In this document: in pieces, positions 15,666 through 22,120 of the stretch
Position numbering within the stretch: position 1 is the stretch's first letter
Layout of the letters: each line of letters begins with the position of its first letter
From: Deltaproteobacteria bacterium
GTDB taxonomy: Bacteria > Myxococcota_A > UBA9160 > SMWR01
Direction: 5' to 3'
NCBI GenBank assembly: GCA_032128375.1
Contig: JAQBGU010000043.1
Coordinates: forward strand, 1 to 22,120
DNA: 22,120 nt
Notes under the pieces: generated by a model
The model's input: only the letters and a program-made list of their open reading frames with translations
Told to the model about the DNA's origin: nothing
Database searches by the model: none
Position numbers and translations under genes: made by a program

Positions 15666-16880
15666 ATGGATCGCTACCTGGTGATTTCTTCCGACGGTCA
15701 CGCGGGTCCCCACGCGTCCGAGTACCGCGAATACGTCGACCCGGAATTCCGCGCGATGTTCGACATCGCGCTGCCGATCCAGATCCAGATGACCGAGGCG
15801 GCGTCGAAGAGCTTCCTCGTCGACGAGATCAACAAGCAGTGGCGCAAGGGCAACGAGTACGAACTGTCGGGGGCGTGGGACGCCGAGGCGCGCGACAAGG
15901 TGCTCGACGCCGACGGGGTCGCCGCCGAAGTTCTCTTCCCCGACGGCGTCACGGAGATGAATGCACCGCCGTTCGGCGCCGGCTTCTCGATGGGTCCCGA
16001 CGGTGTGACCGCCGATCTGCAGTGGGCGGGCTCGATCGCCCACAACCGCTGGATGGCAGAGTTCGTATCGACCGCGCCCGAGCGACGCATCGGACTCGCC
16101 TGCATTCCGATCCTGTGGGACATCGATCGCGCCGTCGAGGGCGTCCGCTGGGCGAGCGAGAACGGGCTGCGGGGTATCATTCTTCCGCCGCGCTGGGGGA
16201 GTTTCGCCGGTTACCACCACACCCGATACGACCCGGTCTGGGAAATCTGCCAGGACCTCGACATGCCGATCCATTTTCACTCGGGCCCGGCGCCCATCGA
16301 GGAGTACTTCGGACCCGTCCCCGCGCCCGAGGGACACGTGGTCCAGTCCGGTGCGATGGGGATCTACATCACCGAAGTGGCGATGTGGCTCGCGCGCCCG
16401 CTGACCTTCATGCTCTGGGGCGGAGTGTTCGAGCGCTTTCCGAGGCTCAAGGTCGCAATGGTCGAGGGCACTGCGGTGTGGGTGCCGGAGTACCTCGAAC
16501 TCCTCGAGCAGCGCTACTCCGAATCCCACTACGCGATGAAGCTCGGCGATTTCCGCAGCCATCTGTCGATGTCGCCGGCTGACTACTTTCGTCGCAACGT
16601 CCGGATCGGAGCGTCGTGCATGCCGCGCCGCGAAGCCGAGATGCGCTACGACATTGGCGTCGACAACATCATGTGGGGCACCGACTACCCCCATCCGGAA
16701 GGCAGCTGGCCCTATACAAAGGACCAGGTCCACACGACGTTCGATAGCCTGCCTGAAGATGAAATCGCCAAGATGCTCGGCGGCAACGCGGCCGAGTTCT
16801 ACGGCCTCGACACCGAGAAGCTGGCGCCACTGGTCGCGCGCATCGGGCCAGAGAAGCGCTCGTTTCAGGCCACCGATTGA
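15666..16880 (+). CDS. Amidohydrolase family 2 protein
   Basis: VISSDGH, DGVAAEVLFP, AHNRW, PIHFHSG, GGVFERFPRLK...EG, IMWGTDYPHPEG, GGNAA..YG. Confidence 0.92.
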   Translation: MDRYLVISSDGHAGPHASEYREYVDPEFRAMFDIALPIQIQMTEAASKSFLVDEINKQWRKGNEYELSGAWDAEARDKVLDADGVAAEVLFPDGVTEMNAPPFGAGFSMGPDGVTADLQWAGSIAHNRWMAEFVSTAPERRIGLACIPILWDIDRAVEGVRWASENGLRGIILPPRWGSFAGYHHTRYDPVWEICQDLDMPIHFHSGPAPIEEYFGPVPAPEGHVVQSGAMGIYITEVAMWLARPLTFMLWGGVFERFPRLKVAMVEGTAVWVPEYLELLEQRYSESHYAMKLGDFRSHLSMSPADYFRRNVRIGASCMPRREAEMRYDIGVDNIMWGTDYPHPEGSWPYTKDQVHTTFDSLPEDEIAKMLGGNAAEFYGLDTEKLAPLVARIGPEKRSFQATD

Positions 16881-16932
16881 TCCGACAGGCTGAAACTCTA
16901 CCCAACCCTCAACGCAAGAATGGGAGACTTCC

Positions 16933-17703
16933 ATGAGCACAGACGGACCGAAGATCAACCCGGGCGACATCATCCTGTGGCCCATGCTGAAGCTCGCCTA
17001 CGAAACCCACCCCGAGAAGATCGCCGCGCTGCTACCGCCGGGTATCGAGCCGGGTGCGAACCCGAAGGTGCACCTCACGGTCTACAACTTCCCGGTTCCC
17101 GACGTCCCCGAGTACGGCATCCTGATCAACGTCGAAGCCGACTACAAGGGCGAGGAGGGCTTCTACACACTCGGCTACGGGATCGACCAGGAGTCGGCGA
17201 TCTTCATCAGCCGCGACCGCAACGGTCAGCCCAAGTATCCCTGCGAGGTCTCCTACTACCGCATGCTCGACAGCGTGCACGCGCGCTGTACCCACCAGGG
17301 GTACACGTTTCTCGAGTTCGACGGCAAAGCGACCGAGGTACTGGAAAACCCGGAAGATCACAGCGAGACCGAGTGGTGGATCAAGGTCTCACCGGGGGTC
17401 GGCATGCTGCCCGAAGCCACCTACGACTTCCCGCCCCATGTGGTTCGCGTGCACACGAAGTACGGAACGGCCTACAACCAGAACGTCGCGGGTACACTGA
17501 CGCTGCGCGATAGCCCGTGGGATCCGATCAACGAGCTGCTCCCGATCGAGAGCGATGTCTCTGCGCGTCTGTGGACACCGAGTTCCTTTGCCCGTGACAT
17601 CACACTCGCGGGCAAGCTCAACAGCGAAGCCTTCGAGCCCTTCGCCGACACCATCAGCGGCTCGCGCTGGCCCGGCCAGAACGGCGGACCGAAGAAGGGT
17701 TGA
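16933..17703 (+). CDS. Acetoacetate decarboxylase-like (ADC family) protein
   Basis: YET.PE.IAALLPP.IEP N-terminus, SRDRNGQPKY (candidate Schiff-base Lys, cf. GRE..G.PK), L.LRDSPWDPI.ELLP; GGGAG RBS. Confidence 0.8.
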   Translation: MSTDGPKINPGDIILWPMLKLAYETHPEKIAALLPPGIEPGANPKVHLTVYNFPVPDVPEYGILINVEADYKGEEGFYTLGYGIDQESAIFISRDRNGQPKYPCEVSYYRMLDSVHARCTHQGYTFLEFDGKATEVLENPEDHSETEWWIKVSPGVGMLPEATYDFPPHVVRVHTKYGTAYNQNVAGTLTLRDSPWDPINELLPIESDVSARLWTPSSFARDITLAGKLNSEAFEPFADTISGSRWPGQNGGPKKG

Positions 17704-17817
17704 AGAGTTGATCCGGCCGATTCGGATCACGAGGCGATTCGCGGCGCCATTTTTGGGGGACGCATCGACAAGTTGAGGATAAGCTCCCCGGTTCGAGGCA
17801 TTCGAGGGGGGCTGGGC

Positions 17818-19038
17818 GTGAGGCAATGCTGGACGATCGCCGTAGCAGGGGCGACGGCTGCGGGCGCGGCGCTACTCGCGATCGCGGCCGAGCCGCCGCT
17901 CGAAACCGCTGGCGTCGCAACGCTGTCGGCGCCGAGTGCACACTGGCTCTGGGTTCCCGACCGATTGCTCAGCCACAGCATGCTGTTCGACGGTGATTCC
18001 GGCGAAGTGCTCGGGATGATCGATTCGGCGTCCAGTCTGACTCCCAAACCGCCGCTGCTCTCGCGAAGGCGTGGCGAGATCTACTCGGCGGATATCGCCT
18101 ACTCGCGAGGACTGCGCGGAGAGCGAATCGATTTCGTCAGTATCTACGACGCCGCGACGTTGTCGGTCACCGGAGAAGTCATGCTGCCGACGCGGAGTGC
18201 GGAGAGCAACGCGTCACTCGCCTACGTCGAACTGCTCGGCGAGCGCTTCGTCGCGATCTTCAACCAGTTTCCGAACGCGTCGGTCTCGATCGTCGATGTC
18301 GAACGCCGCGCGTTCGTCGGGGAGATCGTGATCACCGGCTGCGCGGGTATCTACCCAGTCAGCGAGCGACGCTTTGCGACGCTGTGCGGCAACGGCAGCG
18401 CGCTGCTGGTGAAACTCGACGAGTCCGGACACAAGTTGGCGTTCGCGTCCGGCGAGCCGTTCTTTGACGTAGTGACTGATCCCGTCTTCATGGCTGCAGG
18501 GCGCGACGATACGCGTTGGACGTTCGTCTCGTTCGCAGGGCAGGTACACACCGTCGAGTTCGCTGGTGACAGACCCGAAGCGACTGCCAGCTGGTCGCTA
18601 CTGGGCGAAGCGGATCGCAGCGAGAAGTGGCGGCCGGGCGGCTTGCAGCACGTGGCGCTACACGCGCCAACAGGGCGGCTGTTCGTGGGCATGCATCAAG
18701 GCGGTCCCGGCAGCCACAAAGATCCGGGCAGCGAGATTTGGGTCTGGGATCTGCGGGAACACAATAGGCTACACCGATTCGAATCTCCCAATCTCACCGC
18801 TGCGTTTCTGGGGCCGTTTCTCGATCTTCCCAGAGAGGGCTTCGTCGAAACGCTGGTGGGCTGGATCGTTCCGCCGGGCGGTGTCCACGCGCTGGCGGTC
18901 AGCCAGGACGATGCACCACTGCTATTCGTGCGCAACGCCGAACTCGGCGCGGTAGCGGTGATGGATGCATCGACCGGTGAGACGCTGCGCTGGCTCACCG
19001 AGGTTGGCCTCGCAGGCCCAACGCTGAGGGTTCCATGA
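17818..19038 (+). CDS. mauB: TTQ amine dehydrogenase heavy (large) subunit, MauB/AauB-like
   Basis: Signal peptide. YSRG.RG.R.D.V..YD..TL....E..LP, FN..P..SVS.VD, GC..IYP......F..LCG.G, FF....DP.F, WRPGG.Q, LFV.MH.G..GSHKDPG.EIWV. GTG at 17818 after GAGGGGG. Confidence 0.9.
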   Translation: MRQCWTIAVAGATAAGAALLAIAAEPPLETAGVATLSAPSAHWLWVPDRLLSHSMLFDGDSGEVLGMIDSASSLTPKPPLLSRRRGEIYSADIAYSRGLRGERIDFVSIYDAATLSVTGEVMLPTRSAESNASLAYVELLGERFVAIFNQFPNASVSIVDVERRAFVGEIVITGCAGIYPVSERRFATLCGNGSALLVKLDESGHKLAFASGEPFFDVVTDPVFMAAGRDDTRWTFVSFAGQVHTVEFAGDRPEATASWSLLGEADRSEKWRPGGLQHVALHAPTGRLFVGMHQGGPGSHKDPGSEIWVWDLREHNRLHRFESPNLTAAFLGPFLDLPREGFVETLVGWIVPPGGVHALAVSQDDAPLLFVRNAELGAVAVMDASTGETLRWLTEVGLAGPTLRVP

Positions 19039-19580
19039 TGGCGCTCGACCCGGTTGTGTCGGCCATCGTCCGGGTGGGACTCGCGGGTTTGTTCGGCCTT
19101 GCCGCACTGCACAAGGCGCGCGACCTGCGCGCTTTTGCGGCGACCGTACAGGATTACCGGATCGTGCCCGAGCGCTGGACTCCCGCGGTGCCGATCGCGC
19201 TGATCGGTGCTGAAGGCGCGATCGCGGTTGCGCTCGTGTTCCCCGGCCCTGGCATCGCAGCGGGCCTCGCCGCCGTGCTCCTTCTATCGAGTTACACGGC
19301 GGCGATCGGCTTGAACCTTTTGCGCGGCCGCCGGCACATCGACTGCGGCTGTCTCGGACCGGGCCGGCGCCAGCCGATCTCGGCCTGGCTGATGGGCCGC
19401 AACGCGCTGCTGATCGCCGTGGCGCTGCTTGCAGCGTTGCCGCCGAGCACGCGGGCATTCGGCTGGGTAGACGCAATCTCGGTCTGTGGTGGCGTGTGTG
19501 CATCCGTGTTGTTGTTCGGGGCCGCGAGCCGGCTGGCCGCCCAGGCCCCAATCTCACAACGTCTCAGGAGGTCCCCATGA
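19035..19580 (+). CDS. mauE: Methylamine utilization membrane protein MauE
   Basis: LF..AA.HK..D...F......Y, NLLRGRRHIDCGC, RNALL; ATGA overlap with mauB. Confidence 0.92.
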   Translation: MMALDPVVSAIVRVGLAGLFGLAALHKARDLRAFAATVQDYRIVPERWTPAVPIALIGAEGAIAVALVFPGPGIAAGLAAVLLLSSYTAAIGLNLLRGRRHIDCGCLGPGRRQPISAWLMGRNALLIAVALLAALPPSTRAFGWVDAISVCGGVCASVLLFGAASRLAAQAPISQRLRRSP

Positions 19581-20221
19581 CCGAAGCACTTGTCATCTCG
19601 AACGCACTGCTCTGGCTGTTGGTCGTGGCGCTGGGCGCGCTGGTGTTCGCACTCACAAGACAGATCGGCGTGCTCCATGAACGGGTCGCGCCTCTCGGTG
19701 CGCTCGCGGTCACCAAGGGGCCCGCGGTGGGAGATCCGCTCCCGTTGCGGACACTCGTCGATGTCGACGGCCGCGAGGTGTCACTCGGCGGTGTCGATAC
19801 CCTTGGCCGGCGCACCTTGCTCTTTTTTCTGTCGCCCACCTGCCCGGTCTGCGAGACGCTGCTGCCAACTCTCGGCCGCATCATCGGCGAAGAGGCGCCG
19901 GGTCTGCGCGTCGTGTATGCGAGCGATGGTGAACCCGACGAGCACGTGACGTTTCGCCGTGAGCACGGTCTCGAGGCTGAGAGCTATGTCCTGTCGCAGG
20001 AACTCGGCATGAGCCTCGAAGTTGCCAGGCTTCCGTACGCGGTGCTCATCGACGCGGCGGGGATGATTCGCGCAAAGGGCATTGTCAATACGCGCGAACA
20101 TGTCGAAAGCCTGTTCGAAGCAGATCGACTCGGCGTGGATTCGATTCAAACCTATCTCCGACGCGAACAGGGTCCCAGCGAATCGTGGCAACCCGGCGGG
20201 AGCGAGAGGATGGTTTCGTGA
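19577..20221 (+). CDS. mauD: Amine dehydrogenase accessory thioredoxin-like protein MauD
   Basis: SNALLWL.V..L.....AL.RQIGVLHERVAP.GAL, FLSPTCPVC..LLP, LPYAVLID..G.IRAKGIVNTREH.ESL.EA; AGGAGG RBS and ATGA overlap. Confidence 0.93.
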   Translation: MTEALVISNALLWLLVVALGALVFALTRQIGVLHERVAPLGALAVTKGPAVGDPLPLRTLVDVDGREVSLGGVDTLGRRTLLFFLSPTCPVCETLLPTLGRIIGEEAPGLRVVYASDGEPDEHVTFRREHGLEAESYVLSQELGMSLEVARLPYAVLIDAAGMIRAKGIVNTREHVESLFEADRLGVDSIQTYLRREQGPSESWQPGGSERMVS

Positions 20222-20784
20222 GTTCCTTCGACAACTGGGTCGATGGTTGGATCGAACAGCGCGCGCGTCAGGTTGCACGGCGCACGAGCCGGCGTAGCTT
20301 CCTGGCTCGCGTCGGCGGCCTGATCGTCGGCGGCGCTGCACTGCCGCTACTTCCGGTGGCGCGTGCCGCGGCCCAGAGCGCGAGCGCGCGGCTTGCCGCA
20401 CCTGACGAAAAGATCGAAGGCCCCGAAGGCGACCCGAAAGACTGCGAGTATTGGCGCCATTGTGCGATCGACGGCTCGGCGTGCGCCTGCTGCGGCGGTA
20501 GCGCGACGACTTGTCCGCCCGGGACCGAAGTGTCGCCGGTCACGTGGGTAGGCACCTGTCGCAATCCAGCCGACGGCAAGGATTACTTGATTTCGTACAA
20601 CGATTGTTGCGGAAGGACCTTTTGTGGTCGATGTCTGTGCAACCGCAACGAAGGCGAGCGCCCCGAGTACCACTGGTACCGCAACAACGATATCAATTGG
20701 TGTGCCGGTGCGAGCACCCAGGTGTACAACTGCTCGATCGCAGTCGTGATTGGGCAGGCGACGAACGCGCAGCCCGAAAAGTGA
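20218..20784 (+). CDS. mauA: TTQ amine dehydrogenase light (small) subunit, closer to aromatic amine dehydrogenase AauA
   Basis: Tat signal SRRSFL. CEYWRHCAIDG, CPPGT, TWVGTC (TTQ Trp, 20545-20547), YLISYNDCCG, NDINWC (second TTQ Trp, 20698-20700); 14 Cys. GTGA overlap with mauD. Confidence 0.93.
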   Translation: MSSFDNWVDGWIEQRARQVARRTSRRSFLARVGGLIVGGAALPLLPVARAAAQSASARLAAPDEKIEGPEGDPKDCEYWRHCAIDGSACACCGGSATTCPPGTEVSPVTWVGTCRNPADGKDYLISYNDCCGRTFCGRCLCNRNEGERPEYHWYRNNDINWCAGASTQVYNCSIAVVIGQATNAQPEK

Positions 20785-21221
20785 AGGCCGCAGGTGTGCA
20801 GGCGGCCAGCGCCGCCGCGCTCGCCTCACTCGCGATCGCGCTAGCGGGTGCGGGTGCTGCGAGAGCGAATGGGCCGCTTGCCGAGACTCCCCCGCGCGAA
20901 CACTACGTTCTTCACTGCTCCGGTTGTCATCGCCTCGACGCACGCGGTGTACCCGGCTCGACGCCGAGCTTGCGCGGCCTCGCGGGACTGTTGGCCACGC
21001 CAGAGGGGCGCGCCTACTTGTCGCGTGTGCCGGGTGTCGCGCAAGCTCCAGTCGCGAACGCCGAGCTGGCGACACTGCTCAACTGGGTCTTGGCCGAGTG
21101 GTCGGGTTCCGCGCCGCAGCCCCCTTACACCGCCACGGAAGTGGGCGCGCTGCGCCGGCAACCTCTGCGCGATACGAACGCAGCCCGAGCGGCGCTGTCC
21201 ACAGCGTCAAGCCGGCGATAG
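20781..21221 (+). CDS. Exported monoheme cytochrome c (146 aa)
   Basis: GTGA overlap with mauA; Ala-rich signal peptide; CSGCH at 20916-20930; EGRAYLSRVPGVAQA...LA.LLNW. Confidence 0.85.
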   Translation: MKAAGVQAASAAALASLAIALAGAGAARANGPLAETPPREHYVLHCSGCHRLDARGVPGSTPSLRGLAGLLATPEGRAYLSRVPGVAQAPVANAELATLLNWVLAEWSGSAPQPPYTATEVGALRRQPLRDTNAARAALSTASSRR

Positions 21222-21328
21222 GCAGTGCCTCGACGTGGCGTTTGAGAACTCGAATGCGAGGCATTGGTCCACCAGTCGACCAAGCGATGGGGCGCGATGC
21301 CTCTTCCATATCGGTTTGCATACAGGAA

Positions 21329-21655
21329 CTACGGGCGGCCCACGATGTCGAACTCTGCGGTCAGAAGATCTCGGAGGGAGATCTGGTGCTGCCGTTGATC
21401 TCCTCGGCCAATCGTGACGAGCGGGTCTTCGAGCGTGCAAGCGAGTTCGTGATCGACCGCAATCCCAACCCGCATCTCGCCTCCGGCCTTGGGATCCACA
21501 GCTGCGTTGGCGCATCGCTCGCGCGTTTGGAGGGGCGGATCACTTCGCTGCTCGAGCACCTGGACGGCATCTCGATTTGTCATTTCAACCCCGCTGAGCT
21601 GGACAGCTTCGGGGCTCCGGCATCGATCGCCGTCGAGCTTCGCAGGGCTGCATAA
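21329..21655 (+). pseudogene. Cytochrome P450 C-terminal remnant
   Basis: R...DVEL.G..I.EGD.V...ISSANRDERVF....F.IDRNPNPHLASGLGIHSCVGASLARLEG, i.e. the heme-thiolate motif with F replaced by S. The N-terminal ~280 aa are absent. Confidence 0.85.
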
Positions 21656-21739
21656 AGGGCCGCATAAGAAGATGCGTATTGCGAATCGAGTGCGAAACCC
21701 GCTCTGGCTGAACCGGAGGGCGGCGCTGGCGCGCTGGAC

Positions 21740-22120
21740 TCAGTCCCTGGCGGCGTCCCGATTCACTTCCACTTTCTGGACCGACGCGCGGACCACTGGG
21801 ATGTCGGCATCGGCGATGGGCTGCATCCACTGCTTGCGTGCGAGCGCTGCCTCGACGAATGGGGCGAGTTCCTCCGCTTTCGCTCGCTCTCGGGCCTCGG
21901 CTTTGCTGGCGAACGGTTCCATGACCTCGCTGGCGAACAGCTCGAGCGATTCGCAGATGTGCGCGTGGCTGTTGCGGCCAGCCTGCTGCATGAAGATGAC
22001 CTGGTCGACGCCCGAATCCTGGAACTGCATCAGATGGGCGCGCATGTCGTCGGGCGTGCCGATGCCCGAGCTACGCGCGCCGACGCCCGCCGGCGCGCCC
22101 GCATCGACGCCCTCCTGTCC
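21740..22120 (-). CDS. Luciferase-like (LLM class) flavin-dependent oxidoreductase, 3' portion only
   Basis: The frame is open to the window edge: GIGTPDDMRAHL..FQDSGVDQVIFMQQAG..SH..ICESLELFASEVM, a typical LLM C-terminus. Confidence 0.82.
   Translation of the reverse strand, partial: GQEGVDAGAPAGVGARSSGIGTPDDMRAHLMQFQDSGVDQVIFMQQAGRNSHAHICESLELFASEVMEPFASKAEARERAKAEELAPFVEAALARKQWMQPIADADIPVVRASVQKVEVNRDAARD

Noticed and set aside
177..16985. Long antisense and alternate-frame ORFs (e.g. 177-1484, 2593-3858, 7447-8502, 14576-15667, 15501-16985)
   Set aside because: They are typical shadows of high-GC coding sequence, have no recognisable motifs, and each overlaps a well-supported gene.
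17709..17729. Hairpin TGATCCG-N7-CGGATCA after the ADC-like gene as an intrinsic terminator
   Set aside because: The stem is short and has no adjacent U-tract; it cannot be supported as a terminator.
20750..21328. 301-aa ORF as an intact P450
   Set aside because: The first ~190 codons are the off-frame shadow of the cytochrome c gene and its downstream gap; P450 similarity starts only near 21329.
1..22120. CRISPR arrays, tRNA/rRNA genes, transposases or integrases
   Set aside because: No regularly spaced repeats, RNA gene signatures or mobile-element proteins were seen; the intergenic gaps are short.

Overview
GC-rich bacterial DNA, densely coding, in three blocks. (1) 1-12962: a respiratory and cofactor locus. 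It starts with a 5'-truncated cytochrome bd-like oxidase subunit (CydA-like, resembling the Nitrospira-type OR-N family). No cydB follows it; instead there are three membrane-anchored c-type cytochromes (6 CxxCH motifs in total, one fused to an EB_dh heme-b domain). Then come a HemY-type porphyrinogen oxidase, a tandem-USP multidomain protein, a GNAT, a frameshifted Mrp/ApbC-type ATPase, a small Zn-ribbon protein, a convergent AhbC/AhbD-like radical SAM enzyme and an internally deleted ferrochelatase remnant. The strongest unexplained signal is a ~45-aa PCP_red-like helical module (normally the C-terminus of the protochlorophyllide reductase B subunit). It occurs five times across three of these proteins, which suggests an uncharacterised assembly or heme-maturation system for the bd-like oxidase. 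(2) 13061-17703: a TetR-controlled catabolic cluster (SDR, KshA-like Rieske oxygenase, amidohydrolase, acetoacetate-decarboxylase-like protein). (3) 17818-22120: a TTQ amine dehydrogenase operon (mauBEDA/aauBEDA-like) without mauG but with a monoheme cytochrome c lacking any Met/His after its CxxCH, then a P450 remnant and the 3' end of a luciferase-like monooxygenase. All family assignments come from motif recognition by eye; no database search was run.
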